DNA of 64,000 nucleotides, from assembly GCA_021796115.1 (NCBI GenBank), contig JAJYOP010000002.1, positions 70,842 to 134,841 on the forward strand, written 5' to 3'. Each line of letters begins with the position of its first letter. Positions within the stretch are counted from its first letter, which is position 1. The notes below the pieces were generated by a model that saw nothing but the letters and a program-made list of their open reading frames with translations, was not told the origin of the DNA and ran no database searches. The translations under genes and the position numbers were made by a program. Below are positions 1 to 10,141 of this stretch, piece after piece. The stretch comes from a bacterium (GTDB taxonomy: Bacteria > Omnitrophota > Gorgyraeia > Duberdicusellales > 4484-171).

Positions 1-26
1 ATCGGAACATACATTTGATTTTTCAT
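1..26 (-). CDS. Start of a gene running off the left edge; possibly ClpP
   Basis: GGAGGGG Shine-Dalgarno then ATG (complement of 24..26), reads MKNQMYVP. Its position directly downstream of trigger factor fits the common tig-clpP order. Only 8 codons are visible. Confidence 0.3.
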
Positions 27-51
27 CTTCCCCTCCTACATTCAATAAAAA

Positions 52-939
52 TTATTCGTATTGCGCAACGCTAAGCAAGAAACCCAGAATAATCTCGCCA
101 AGGTTATTCTCAGCTTTAATATTTTCTTTATTCGCAATAGCTTCCAGTATGTAAAATAATTTTACCTCGTCTTCGGCCAATGGTTTCAATTTTTCCTCGA
201 TATCTTTCTTGTATTTTTCTATGTCTTCATCGGGAATACTGCGCAAACGCAGATTATTGATTTCTCTATTGACGAGTTCATTATGGTAACGTTCAACCTC
301 ATTCTGCGGAAGCGCAACCTTGATATTTTTTAAAAGGTGCTGACTTACTTGGCTATCCAGTCCTCTTCTTCTTTCGCGAAATTTCTCGCTAAGTATTTCT
401 GCCTTGGCAGCTTCTTTAAACGCGGCTGCATCCGGGTATCCGGCCCATTTAGAGAGCTCATCATCAGCTAAATCTTTATTTACAATTTTTTTAACCTCTT
501 CTTTCAGGTTCGTAAGTACTTTTTCGATTTCTAGAGGATCTACCTCGACTTTTTTTTCTTTAACTTTTATGCCTTTATAATCAGTATCTTTGAGCTCAAT
601 TTCAGGTTTTACATCCAATTCCGCCGAAAAAACAAGGCGATTGTCAGAAAGCTCAACATCATAGATACGTGGCATGCCTGACGGGAGAAGCTTATTTTCC
701 GACAAAGCCCTCTCATAATATACGGGAAGCATCCGATGCAGGAATTCTTCTTTAAGGGCTTTTGAATGGTGTTTTTCCAGAATTTCAAGCGAAGCGCTAC
801 CTTGCCTGAAACCAGGAATCTTTAAAGTTTTCCCAATTTCCTCATAGGCAGTTTTTCGTTCTTTGATAAACGCGTCACCGCTTATTTCGACTTTTATTAT
901 CCTTTTTAATCTATCAAGTTTTTGAACTTCAACTTTCAT
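52..939 (-). CDS. tig: Trigger factor, short form lacking the PPIase domain
   Basis: N-terminal ribosome-binding domain with a GFRQG signature (IPGFRQGSAS). C-terminal arm region resembles trigger factor (TF) (ADDELSKWAGY...LPQNEVERYHNELV). Only 295 aa, with no FKBP segment between them. Confidence 0.8.
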   Translation of the reverse strand: MKVEVQKLDRLKRIIKVEISGDAFIKERKTAYEEIGKTLKIPGFRQGSASLEILEKHHSKALKEEFLHRMLPVYYERALSENKLLPSGMPRIYDVELSDNRLVFSAELDVKPEIELKDTDYKGIKVKEKKVEVDPLEIEKVLTNLKEEVKKIVNKDLADDELSKWAGYPDAAAFKEAAKAEILSEKFRERRRGLDSQVSQHLLKNIKVALPQNEVERYHNELVNREINNLRLRSIPDEDIEKYKKDIEEKLKPLAEDEVKLFYILEAIANKENIKAENNLGEIILGFLLSVAQYE

Positions 940-953
940 TCTTTCCTCCGATG

Positions 954-1676
954 CTACATGCTGAAATCTTTTCCTAAATATATTTCTCTTGCCTTTGCGT
1001 CATTTATGAGGTCGTGAGAGGTGCCGGAAATCAAAATTTTCCCCTCGGCTATTAAATACGCTCTATCAGTTATCGAGAGGGTCTCTCTGACATTATGGTC
1101 AGTAAGCAATATCCCGATACCCTTTCTGCGAAGTTCAAGAATGATTTCTTTAGCTTCGCCGACCACTATCGGATCTATACCGGAAAAAGGTTCATCAAGA
1201 AGTAAAAAAGACGGGTTAGTAACCAGCGCTCTGGTAATTTCAAGACGCCGCATTTCTCCGCCGCTTAAAGTGTAGGCTTTATTTTTTCTTAGATGCGAAA
1301 TATTCAATTCCTTAAGAAGGCTTTCCAGTCTTTTAGCCCGTTCTATTCTTGGCAGCGAAAGCATTTCAAGTATTGCCATTATATTCTCTTCCACGGTAAG
1401 TTTCCTGAATATGGAGGGGTCTTGTGAAAGATAACCCATTCCAAACCGCGAACGTATATGAATGGGCAAATTTGTTATATTCTGATTGTCAAAGAGGATT
1501 TTCCCTTCATCCGGAGCAATAATTCCTACCACCATGTAGAAGGTAGTGGTTTTGCCTGCTCCATTTGGCCCAAGTAAACCGACTATTTCTCCGCGTTTGA
1601 CTGAAAGCGAAACACCACGCACAACGGCTTTTGTACCATAGGACTTCGAAAGGCTATTTATTTCCAAGAGTTTCAT
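954..1676 (-). CDS. lptB: LPS export ABC transporter ATP-binding protein LptB
   Basis: Walker A GPNGAGKTT, ABC signature LSGGEMRR, Walker B LLLDEP. Typical LptB length and N-terminus. Confidence 0.9.
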   Translation of the reverse strand: MKLLEINSLSKSYGTKAVVRGVSLSVKRGEIVGLLGPNGAGKTTTFYMVVGIIAPDEGKILFDNQNITNLPIHIRSRFGMGYLSQDPSIFRKLTVEENIMAILEMLSLPRIERAKRLESLLKELNISHLRKNKAYTLSGGEMRRLEITRALVTNPSFLLLDEPFSGIDPIVVGEAKEIILELRRKGIGILLTDHNVRETLSITDRAYLIAEGKILISGTSHDLINDAKAREIYLGKDFSM

Positions 1677-2322
1677 TTTTTTTGGAAAAATAAATTAGAC
1701 GAGGCCTGCCTTCAAGAACAACATTTTTAGTATCTCCCGTATATGTCGCTTTATCCGCAAAAGCAACATTTTCATCTTTAACTATTTTTACATGCCCTTC
1801 GGCTATGATTTTCATTTTAGTCTTGTCTTTCGGGTCGAAATATACAGTAGTCTTATCGGCAAAAAGTTTTCCATCTTGAGTATTGGCTGTAACATTATCA
1901 TGGAAAATTGCTATGCCTTCATTGTATTTCATTTCAAGAGGACCGGTACAAGTCACGGTTATATAAGTGCCATCTTTATTGGGAATTTTTAATTCCACAT
2001 TGTCTCTTAGGTCAGCATTCATGTTTTCTTTATTTATTTTTGCTTTATCGGACTTAATATATACGGGATTTTTATCGGAATAATACTTTCCATTCATGTT
2101 ATCGATATTGACATATTTATCTTCAATGGTTGCTTCTTTGCCCTTTACTTCCCAATCTTTAGAGCCATCTTCTTTTAAATTCGAAAGATAAAAATCCTTA
2201 ATTTTCTGGACGCCGGAAGCCACTGCATCGGGTTGTGCCTTGGATTGTTCGGGTGTTTCGGCAAACGTTTTCTGCCCGAAAAACAACAAAGTAAACGCTG
2301 CGATAATTATTATTTTTTTCAT
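1654..2322 (-). CDS. lptA: OstA/LptA-like periplasmic LPS transport protein
   Basis: Signal peptide, then repeated beta-jellyroll-like segments (ADKTTVYFD...AFADKATYTGDTKNVVLEG). Lies immediately upstream of lptB and overlaps it. Confidence 0.65.
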   Translation of the reverse strand: MKKIIIIAAFTLLFFGQKTFAETPEQSKAQPDAVASGVQKIKDFYLSNLKEDGSKDWEVKGKEATIEDKYVNIDNMNGKYYSDKNPVYIKSDKAKINKENMNADLRDNVELKIPNKDGTYITVTCTGPLEMKYNEGIAIFHDNVTANTQDGKLFADKTTVYFDPKDKTKMKIIAEGHVKIVKDENVAFADKATYTGDTKNVVLEGRPRLIYFSKKNETLGNK

Positions 2323-2518
2323 CGTATTTTTTTATTGACAAATATTTTGGATTAATAACTGATGAAAATCTGGAAAAACATACTATACCAGATTGCTCAT
2401 CAAAGTCAATCCGTTAAAATGCGGATTCATGCGGGTTATTGCGGATTTAAACGGCTAATTTCATCCGTAACCATCCCCGTCTGCCGCAAAGACAGATGCA
2501 TATCCGTTTTAAAAAAAA

Positions 2519-3499
2519 TTATAAAATTCCGGCAGCGATCAAATCCTGAACATCCAGCATTCCGATCGGCTTAAAATTTCTATCGACTACAGGAACTTCG
2601 TCGATTTTTTTATTCTCAAGAACTTTTAATGCCTGGGATGCCAAATCATCATCCTTAACTACAATTGGATTCATGGTCATAACATCTTTGACTTTTTTAT
2701 GCAGAAGATTGGGGTAGCGTTCTAAATTTCTCCGCAAATCGCCATCGGTGAATATTCCTACGAGTTTCTTTTCTTTGTTTATTACGGATGCCGCACCCGC
2801 ATGAGAAGAAGTTATTTTTACTAAAACATCTTTAACGGGCATATCTTCTTCTACAACGGGATTGAATCTCTTTTTACGCATAATGTCTTTAACCTTAAGC
2901 AGCAGCTTTCTTCCTAAAGAACCTCTCGGATGAAAAAAAGCAAAGTCCTTTTCCTCGAAACCTTTAATTTTTTGCAGCACAATTGAAATCGCATCGCACA
3001 TTGCAAGCATTGCCGTGGTTGAGGTTGTCGGAGCAAGTCCAAGCGGACAAGCTTCCTTATCTATCTTAACGCTGACAAAACCATCGACATAGCGGTTTAG
3101 AGATGAGTGCGGATTGCCGGTAAGCGCGATTATTTTTGCGCCGATTTGACGGATAAACGGAATCAGGTTTTTTATTTCTTCGGTCTCTCCACTATAAGAA
3201 AGCACGACTACGGTATCTTTTTCTTCGATTCTGCCTAAATCACCATGTACAGCTTCCGCGGCGTGGAGCCAGAAACTTGAGGTTCCGGTTGATGAAAGTG
3301 TTGCGGAAAATTTTTGGCCGATTATGCCGGCTTTGCCCATGCCTGTAACAACAATTTTCCCCTGGCAGGTCGAAAGAATCTTTATGGCGTTCAGAAATTC
3401 ATCGTTCAAGCTTTTTTCGAGGCTTAAAATGCCGTTAGCCTCAATAAATAAAACTTCGCTTGCCCAGCCGATGATTTCTTTTGGTTTAAATCTATCCAC
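2519..3499 (-). CDS. kdsD: Arabinose-5-phosphate isomerase (SIS + tandem CBS domains)
   Basis: SIS motif VTGMGKAGIIGQK and a C-terminal CBS pair. Followed by kdsA and kdsB. Confidence 0.9.
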   Translation of the reverse strand: MDRFKPKEIIGWASEVLFIEANGILSLEKSLNDEFLNAIKILSTCQGKIVVTGMGKAGIIGQKFSATLSSTGTSSFWLHAAEAVHGDLGRIEEKDTVVVLSYSGETEEIKNLIPFIRQIGAKIIALTGNPHSSLNRYVDGFVSVKIDKEACPLGLAPTTSTTAMLAMCDAISIVLQKIKGFEEKDFAFFHPRGSLGRKLLLKVKDIMRKKRFNPVVEEDMPVKDVLVKITSSHAGAASVINKEKKLVGIFTDGDLRRNLERYPNLLHKKVKDVMTMNPIVVKDDDLASQALKVLENKKIDEVPVVDRNFKPIGMLDVQDLIAAGIL

Positions 3500-4265
3500 G
3501 AATCGCTCCTCTTACCTTGACTATTCTGGAAAGCAAGTTACCTAATTTTTTAATTTCATAGGAAGTGTGTTTATCCGATAAGGCCTTTTTTGGCTCCGGA
3601 TGTACTTCCATAAATAAGCCGTCAACACCTGCCGCAACACCCGCAAGAGCCAGGGGATCAATGAACTCGCTGTCACCGCCGGAAATTCCATCGACCTGCG
3701 AAGGCCGTTGGAGGGAGTGTGTTACATCAAAAATAACCGGAAACCCGAGTTTTTGCATAATCGGAAAAGCGCGAAAGTCAACTACAAGATTGTTATAGCC
3801 AAAGCTTGCTCCTCTTTCACTGATAATAATATTTTTATTTCCGCAGGATTCGATTTTTTCGACAACATACTTCATATCGTAAGGCGAAATAAATTGGCCC
3901 TTTTTTGTTTTTGCGACTTCAAGAAGCAAATCCGTCTGCCGGCATAAAAAAGCCGGTATTTGAATAATATCCAAGATATCCTTTACATACTTTACCTGTT
4001 CGCGACAATGTACATCGCTTAAGATGGTTAAGTTTAATTTCGTTTTTATCTCTTCAAGTATTTTCAGGCCCTTCTTTAACCCCGGGCCGCGGAAAGACTT
4101 TAAAGAAGTGCGGTTTGCCTTATCAAAACTAGCCTTAAAAATAAAATGAAAAGGGTATGAGGAAAACAAATCTTTAAGCCGGGAAGCAATTTCGTAGGTC
4201 TTATGCTTGTCTTCAATCACACAAGGACCGGCAATAAAAATAAATTTGCTTTTATAGTTTTTCAT
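3492..4265 (-). CDS. kdsA: 3-deoxy-8-phosphooctulonate (KDO8P) synthase
   Basis: Full-length KdsA-like sequence (IAGPCVIE, KASFDKANRTS, FDVTHSLQ). Confidence 0.9.
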   Translation of the reverse strand: MKNYKSKFIFIAGPCVIEDKHKTYEIASRLKDLFSSYPFHFIFKASFDKANRTSLKSFRGPGLKKGLKILEEIKTKLNLTILSDVHCREQVKYVKDILDIIQIPAFLCRQTDLLLEVAKTKKGQFISPYDMKYVVEKIESCGNKNIIISERGASFGYNNLVVDFRAFPIMQKLGFPVIFDVTHSLQRPSQVDGISGGDSEFIDPLALAGVAAGVDGLFMEVHPEPKKALSDKHTSYEIKKLGNLLSRIVKVRGAIRG

Positions 4266-5010
4266 TCTTTATTGATTTTTCCTTCAAAATCATCTCAACT
4301 TTTGCTAAATCGCTTTCAGTATCGACTCCTATTGATTCAAATCTTGTTTCAATTACTTTTATTTTATAACCGGCTTCAAGCGGCCTTAATTGCTCAAGCT
4401 TTTCCGCATGTTCAAGATAAGAATAAGGAAGATTCTTGAAAGTATAAAGAAAATCCTTGGTGTAAGCATAAATACCTAAATGTTTGTAATATACTCCGTT
4501 GGTGTTATCACGATAATATGGTATCGGGTGGCGCGAAAAATAAATCGCAAAATTATCTTTATCACAGATAACTTTTACGACATTGTAATTGTTTATTTCT
4601 TCTTTATTTTCGATTTTTTTGCGGACTGTAGCGATTTGCACTTTTGAATCAGAGAGGAGCGTTTGCGCAAGCCCATCGATTATCGAAGGATGTAAAAGCG
4701 GCTCATCCGCCTGGATATTCACGACAATCTTTATGTCGATATCTCTTACTGCTTCGCCAATCCTGTCAGTGCCTGATTTGTGCTGAGCAGAAGTCATCAT
4801 CACTTCTGCGCCGAAACTTTCGGCGATTTCCTTAATCTTGTCATCGTCGCAGGCAATCAAAAGTTTATCGAGCAAACGTGCCTGGCGCGCCTGTTCCCAA
4901 ACCCATTGAATCAATGGTTTGCCGAGTATTTCCCGTGTAAGCTTGAACGGCAAGCGGGTTGATTGGTAACGTGCCGGTATAACACCGATTACTTCTATAT
5001 TATTGGGCAT
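4252..5010 (-). CDS. kdsB: CMP-KDO synthetase
   Basis: IPARYQSTRLPFK N-terminus and NIQADEPL motif typical of KdsB. Confidence 0.9.
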   Translation of the reverse strand: MPNNIEVIGVIPARYQSTRLPFKLTREILGKPLIQWVWEQARQARLLDKLLIACDDDKIKEIAESFGAEVMMTSAQHKSGTDRIGEAVRDIDIKIVVNIQADEPLLHPSIIDGLAQTLLSDSKVQIATVRKKIENKEEINNYNVVKVICDKDNFAIYFSRHPIPYYRDNTNGVYYKHLGIYAYTKDFLYTFKNLPYSYLEHAEKLEQLRPLEAGYKIKVIETRFESIGVDTESDLAKVEMILKEKSIKNEKL

Positions 5011-5983
5011 TGATCCTCTGCAGCAATTCTTTCGGATTGGTAGTTGCTGCGCCTAATTTTTCCACCACGATTCCTGCGGCAAAATTTGAAATTAATGCCG
5101 CCTCGTAAAAACTAGCCCTAGCGCTAAGCGCAAGAGTAAAAACCGATATAACCGTATCCCCTGCTCCGGTAACATCAAAAACCTCTAAAGCTGTTGTTGG
5201 TATATGAAAATATTTGCCATCAGCAAAAAGCATCATTCCATCTTCTCCAAGCGTTATGAGAAGAGACTTTGGACTAAGCCTTGACATTATAGCCTTGCCA
5301 AGAAGCGGTATCTCGCTTTTGCCGTGTATCTTCATATTAGCAGCATTTTGCGCTTCTTTTAAGTTCGGAGTCAATGAAGTTACGTTTGTGTAATAATCGA
5401 TGTGCTCTTCTTTCGGGTCAACGGTAATTATCTTTTCTTTACGTGTACACAAATCAACGACTTCACCAATAAGATTGGGATTTATCACACCTTTGCCATA
5501 ATCCTCGATAATCACGGCGTCGAACTTATCAATATTTTTTGCAATTTTAGCGGCAAGTATACTACTGGTCTTTTGGGAAAGAGATTCGATTGATTCCCAA
5601 TCAAGACGGACAATCTGTTGATGACTTGCAATAATGCGTGTTTTTAAAGTGGTAGGTCGGTTTTTTTCCTGCACAATCAAGTTGCTGGATATTCCGCCAT
5701 TTTCCACAAGGGAAAACAAGCGTTTTCCAAAATGATCCTTGCCGATAACTCCGCAGAGGCTCACCTTTGCCCCAAGCGCAACCAGGTTAAGACCGACATT
5801 TGCCGCTCCGCCGCAGACAAAGTTTTCCCGGTTTGCCCATACCACAGGCACTGGCGCCTCCGGTGAGATTCTGTCAACTTTCCCGAAAATATAATGATCA
5901 AGGACCAAATCGCCGACAACCAGAATATTTTTATTCTTAAAACGCGAAATTATGCTGTGTAGTCTATGCTTATTTAAATTCAT
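5000..5983 (-). CDS. PfkB-family sugar kinase, RfaE/HldE domain I-like (heptose 7-phosphate kinase)
   Basis: ILVVGDLVLDHY, GGAANV and C-terminal DVTGAGDT motifs. No adenylyltransferase domain is attached. Confidence 0.75.
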   Translation of the reverse strand: MNLNKHRLHSIISRFKNKNILVVGDLVLDHYIFGKVDRISPEAPVPVVWANRENFVCGGAANVGLNLVALGAKVSLCGVIGKDHFGKRLFSLVENGGISSNLIVQEKNRPTTLKTRIIASHQQIVRLDWESIESLSQKTSSILAAKIAKNIDKFDAVIIEDYGKGVINPNLIGEVVDLCTRKEKIITVDPKEEHIDYYTNVTSLTPNLKEAQNAANMKIHGKSEIPLLGKAIMSRLSPKSLLITLGEDGMMLFADGKYFHIPTTALEVFDVTGAGDTVISVFTLALSARASFYEAALISNFAAGIVVEKLGAATTNPKELLQRINAQ

Positions 5984-6071
5984 GCTTACCTCTTTTTTCT
6001 CTTTAGAACCACCGCAATCTTAAACTATTGAAGGGTCAATTATATCACGCAAACAGAAAAAATCTACCTTT

Positions 6072-6992
6072 TTAAAACCAGTTTTTCTCTTTAAAATAGT
6101 TAATCGCAGCTTGTATTTCTTCGGGTTTAGAAGGCCGGTGCGCTTCGATTACCTTGAGTATATTTTTGTCGCAAAGATATCCGGATATCCGTGAAAAATT
6201 AAAATCGCCGGAAAGCGGCGATAAGTGGTCTTTTAACCCGTGAATATCATGCAAATGAAAACCGATAAGATACTTTCCAAGCTTATTTAGCAAACCATCC
6301 TTTTCTATCAGCATAAGATATTCCTGAATGCAGGAATGCCCTACATCGTGCCAATAAAAAAGCCCTTTACCGGAAAACTGTTCCAGGAAAAATAGCGCTT
6401 CTTCGCTATCTGGTATTTCGCTGGCATAATAACGATTTTCGAGCCCAATTTTTATATTCATACACAACGCATATTCCAGTATATCAGTTAAACTCTGCAA
6501 AACCGCATCGATATGTGGCTTTTTTCTTTCCCTGCGTTCTTTGCAAAACGCCGCTCTAATATTGGATGCCTTCTCCGATATTATGGCTCCATCATTGAAT
6601 AATTTCATAAGTTCTTTTGTATAATTAGCGTCCATCTCAACCGCACCAGCATGGATTACAACAACCTTGGCCTTGATCCTTTTTGCAGTATCAATTGTTT
6701 GTTTTGTGTAAAAAACAGCTTTTTTGCGCTCACGCTCTTCCAAGGATGAAAGCAAATAATAGTTGGTAAAAAAGCGGCCAAATTCATTTTCTTCCGGCAG
6801 GGGACAGAAATTATGTATGCTCGCGACACTTATTCTCAGTTCGTTCAGTAGCGGGATTAAAACCTTAAGGTTTTCTACGGTAAAATTGTATCCGATTTCG
6901 ATAGAATTTAGCCCGCAGGCCTTGATTTCCGTTAAGGCGCGCCGTAAATTATTTTTTTCAGTACAATTCCATGCCGTTGAAATCGAAATCAT
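6072..6992 (-). CDS. Xylose-isomerase-like TIM-barrel protein (sugar phosphate isomerase/epimerase family)
   Basis: Family-typical pattern (IHAG..., LENRY..., HLHD). Confidence 0.6.
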   Translation of the reverse strand: MISISTAWNCTEKNNLRRALTEIKACGLNSIEIGYNFTVENLKVLIPLLNELRISVASIHNFCPLPEENEFGRFFTNYYLLSSLEERERKKAVFYTKQTIDTAKRIKAKVVVIHAGAVEMDANYTKELMKLFNDGAIISEKASNIRAAFCKERRERKKPHIDAVLQSLTDILEYALCMNIKIGLENRYYASEIPDSEEALFFLEQFSGKGLFYWHDVGHSCIQEYLMLIEKDGLLNKLGKYLIGFHLHDIHGLKDHLSPLSGDFNFSRISGYLCDKNILKVIEAHRPSKPEEIQAAINYFKEKNWF

Positions 6993-7053
6993 ATTGTATA
7001 ATTGCGATAAACCGAAAGGGTATTAGCGGTTAAACTAAAATTGGCGCGAAAAA

Positions 7054-7557
7054 TTACATTTTATCAAAAGTCGCACTGCTTTTGCGTTCTTTCTCTCGTT
7101 TTTCAAGCTCGGCCTCATCCTCTTCGGAGATAATCGTCGATGATTTTTTAGTAGAAGATTCCTCACCCATTAAAACATTTCTTTCTTCATAATTATCAAT
7201 AAGCTGGGAAATCCTTGCACCAAGTTGTTTTCGTATTACTTTCAGCTTTTTTTCATAATAAGAAATAAGTTTTTCGTTTTTTAAAATTACTTCCTTCTCT
7301 ACCTCCTTCAAATCTTCTTTTCTTGCCAGCTCTTTATCGGTAGTAAAATATTCCTCTATTACATCGAGCCAGTATTTTACTGACTCCTCATTTTTTGCCT
7401 GCTTGGCAATATTTATTTCATCGGTAAATTCTTTCTCCAAATCTACAGCTATCTCGTAGGCTAATTTCATTTTTTCATACCTGTCCCGCAATTCACTTAA
7501 TTTTTTTTGATTATGTTTATATTCCGAAACTAAGTTTCGCAAGCGAGCAATTTCCAT
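7054..7557 (-). CDS. Hypothetical coiled-coil protein
   Basis: Strong AGGAGG ribosome-binding site (RBS) upstream. K/E-rich heptad-like sequence. No recognisable domain. Confidence 0.4.
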   Translation of the reverse strand: MEIARLRNLVSEYKHNQKKLSELRDRYEKMKLAYEIAVDLEKEFTDEINIAKQAKNEESVKYWLDVIEEYFTTDKELARKEDLKEVEKEVILKNEKLISYYEKKLKVIRKQLGARISQLIDNYEERNVLMGEESSTKKSSTIISEEDEAELEKREKERKSSATFDKM

Positions 7558-7627
7558 AATTAACCTCCTTCTTTACTGCAGATAAAAGCGCGGATAATTA
7601 TTATTATTATACATCATTAAGCATCAT

Positions 7628-8767
7628 TTACAAGAATTGCGCAGATATTGAATCGCAAAATAGAAAGCCTTTTTTTGTCAGCGCGACTCCGGATATTTTT
7701 TTATTTGTTTTCTTATATTGTAAAAGTCCCTGCCTGGACAAAAGCGTTACGTTTTTGCCTTCCAAATTTACAAAATCAAAACCCGTTCGTTTCTTAAACC
7801 AGGTAAAATCAATGCCTTCGAGAGTACGGATTTTTATCGCAGCAGTTTCCCTTGCCTGCTTTTCGGGTGAAATTTTTTCTTTATAAACTATGGCAGGCAG
7901 CTTATTCTCAACCATTTTAATATATTTTAGGACATCCGCCATATTTTTTGCTCTTACACCCCTTTGATACGATACAGCTGACGGGCCCAACCCAACATAG
8001 GAATTATTCTGCCAATAATTTATATTATGCAGGCATTCAAAACCAGCTTTAGCAAAATTTGAAATTTCATAATGTATGAACTTATTTTTTTCTAAATAAT
8101 CGCCGGCATATTCATACATCTCGGCAATTATTTCGTCATCCTGTGGTTTTATTTTTTTATTTTTAAGCAGAGTAAAAAGTTTTGTGCGTTTTTCATAACT
8201 AAGCGAATAACAGGAAATATGTTTTATCGGAAGGCTGATTGCCATTTTCAGTTCTGTTTTCCATTCATTCAGGGTTTCTTCCCAGATGCCAAAAATTAAA
8301 TCGACACTTATATTGGTAAAGCCGTTCTGCCAGGCCATATATATAGAATCAATAGCTTTTTGGGTCGAATGAATTCTTCCCAGCCTGGCCAATTTCCGGT
8401 CGTTAAACGATTGGATGCCTATGCTTAGACGGTTAATCCCATATTTCAGGAATAAACTTAATTTTTGATTGGTTATACTTTCGGGGTTTGCTTCGATGGT
8501 AAATTCTTTGGGTTTACCAGAAATATTTTTGATACTTTTTAACAGTTTTTCAAGTAATTGCGGTTCAAGAATGGATGGCGTTCCTCCTCCAATGTAAATA
8601 GTGTCAAAATACATATTTGCAGCGCCAATTTGTCGTGATAAAGTGCTGATAAGCTTCGCAGCGAGATTTTTTTTGTAGCCGATACTGTAGAAATCGCAGT
8701 AAAAGCACTTCTTTGCGCAGAATGGAATGTGGATATAGAGCGAATTCATGTCATAATAGATTAACAC
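7628..8767 (-). CDS. hemW: Radical SAM heme chaperone HemW / HemN-like
   Basis: HIPFCAKKCFYCDF CxxxCxxC motif and GGGTPS motif. Start may be the ATG at 8749. Confidence 0.8.
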   Translation of the reverse strand: MLIYYDMNSLYIHIPFCAKKCFYCDFYSIGYKKNLAAKLISTLSRQIGAANMYFDTIYIGGGTPSILEPQLLEKLLKSIKNISGKPKEFTIEANPESITNQKLSLFLKYGINRLSIGIQSFNDRKLARLGRIHSTQKAIDSIYMAWQNGFTNISVDLIFGIWEETLNEWKTELKMAISLPIKHISCYSLSYEKRTKLFTLLKNKKIKPQDDEIIAEMYEYAGDYLEKNKFIHYEISNFAKAGFECLHNINYWQNNSYVGLGPSAVSYQRGVRAKNMADVLKYIKMVENKLPAIVYKEKISPEKQARETAAIKIRTLEGIDFTWFKKRTGFDFVNLEGKNVTLLSRQGLLQYKKTNKKISGVALTKKGFLFCDSISAQFL

Positions 8768-8777
8768 AGATACTTAT

Positions 8778-8850
8778 AAATTCCAAGCACCAACCCCTTG
8801 ACTCGTTTTCGCTCGCTCAGGGTTGGCGCTGGAATTTGGATTTGGAATTT
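8778..8850. repeat. Family-1 palindromic intergenic repeat (AAATTCC...GGAATTT arms)
   Basis: Arm aaattccaagcaccaaccc (8778-8796) pairs with gggttggcgctggaattt (8820-8837), followed by ggatttggaattt. Shares the GGTGCTTGGAATTT motif with the copies at 61.7 and 63.9 kb. Confidence 0.8.
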
Positions 8851-8867
8851 TTTATATCAATTATGTG

Positions 8868-8876
8868 TGATATAAT
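8868..8876 (+). promoter_or_regulatory. Extended -10 (TGATATAAT) 6 nt upstream of the ATG of the radical-SAM operon
   Basis: tgatataat at 8868-8876, ATG at 8883, no Shine-Dalgarno in between. This geometry predicts a leaderless transcript. Confidence 0.45.
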
Positions 8877-8882
8877 TTTTAC

Positions 8883-10136
8883 ATGAAAAAAAGTGTCTAC
8901 ATTATTCAATGTCCTCCGTCATGGGTAAAAACCGCTCCACTTTCGCTGGTATATTTGGAGAATTACCTGAAAAACTGCGGGGTGAGAGTAAAAACGAGGG
9001 ATCTAAATATTGAGTTTTTTAAAGCGTCTGGCTTGAGTTTAAAAGGGTGGCTGTCGCTAAACCAGGAATTCGAAAAAAGTCTTTTCCAAAAAACCATGGT
9101 CGCCTACCCTTCATTCCTTAAAAGTTTATATAAAGATATTGCGGATTATGATTATATCGGATTTTCCATCTTTAAGCGCAATGCGGATTTTAGTTTTTTG
9201 TTGGCAGATGTCATTAAAGAAAAATTTCCGGCAAAGGCAGTAATCTTCGGTGGACCAGAGGCCTTATCGATGGTGCCGGCCGACAGGGCCAACCATAATG
9301 GCCATTGGGTTATTGGCGAAGGAGAATTAGCGCTTGCGAAAATTGTCGGCGAAGACAAGAAAGAAACTTATCCTTTCGAAGAAATTAGTGATTTGGATGC
9401 CCTGCCCTTTCTTAACTTCGGCTGCCTTGGAATGGAAAATTACTCCAATTCAATACCTCTCTTTTCTTCGAGAGGGTGTAAATTTAATTGCCGTTTCTGT
9501 GCGGAAAAAAAGTTATATAAAAACTTCCGGCATCATTCTGCCGGCTATATGGCTGAAATGATTGGAAAATTAAAAAATGAATACGATATAAATAACTTTG
9601 TTTTTTGCGATTCGTTGATAAATTATGATGATGGCTGGCTGGAAAAATTATGCTCATTACTTATCGAAAAAAATATTTCTATAAAGTGGGAAGCGCAAAT
9701 GAGAGTAGCTAAAAGCCTTGATGTTGACTTGGGCAGATTGATGAAAAAAAGCGGATGTTACAATCTTTTTATCGGTCTGGAAAGTGCATCTGAGCATACC
9801 TTAAAACGCATGAATAAAGGATTTGACACGCAAACTGCTGCTGATTTCCTTTTAAAACTAAGAAACTCTGGTTTACAGTTTGAAATAAGTTTAATTTTCG
9901 GTTATCCGGGAGAAACTGATACGGATTTTAAAGAGACTCTTGACTTTATTACAAAAAATAAGAAAATTATCCCCAAAATTGCCCAAGCAAACCCTTTTGT
10001 GGATTATCTGGGAAACTTTCCGGGCGAAACATTCCCTTCTGAAACCGCCAAAAAAAGAATAAAAACGTTTTTAAAGGTTATAGAAACTGAAAAAATACGA
10101 TATACCAAAAGCTTTATCAATAATCTCGTTTATTAG
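8883..10136 (+). CDS. B12-binding-domain radical SAM protein
   Basis: N-terminal Rossmann-like B12-binding-type region, then SSRGCKFNCRFC (CxxxCxxC) and a TIM-barrel radical SAM core. Confidence 0.8.
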   Translation: MKKSVYIIQCPPSWVKTAPLSLVYLENYLKNCGVRVKTRDLNIEFFKASGLSLKGWLSLNQEFEKSLFQKTMVAYPSFLKSLYKDIADYDYIGFSIFKRNADFSFLLADVIKEKFPAKAVIFGGPEALSMVPADRANHNGHWVIGEGELALAKIVGEDKKETYPFEEISDLDALPFLNFGCLGMENYSNSIPLFSSRGCKFNCRFCAEKKLYKNFRHHSAGYMAEMIGKLKNEYDINNFVFCDSLINYDDGWLEKLCSLLIEKNISIKWEAQMRVAKSLDVDLGRLMKKSGCYNLFIGLESASEHTLKRMNKGFDTQTAADFLLKLRNSGLQFEISLIFGYPGETDTDFKETLDFITKNKKIIPKIAQANPFVDYLGNFPGETFPSETAKKRIKTFLKVIETEKIRYTKSFINNLVY

Positions 10137-10141
10137 GAAAT

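Noticed and set aside
2323-2518. 196-bp gap between kdsD and the lptA-like gene, with repeated AATCCGCA words and a 70-aa plus-strand ORF (2362-2574).
   Set aside because: I could not fold it into a tRNA or a convincing riboswitch-like structure. The ORF has no RBS and overlaps the kdsD 3' end. It is probably promoter or spacer sequence (a possible TTGACT-N16-TATAGT on the minus strand).
8778-8850. Possibility that the dispersed repeats form a CRISPR array.
   Set aside because: The copies are single, tens of kb apart, internally palindromic and of unequal length. There is no regular repeat-spacer periodicity anywhere in the window and there are no cas genes.
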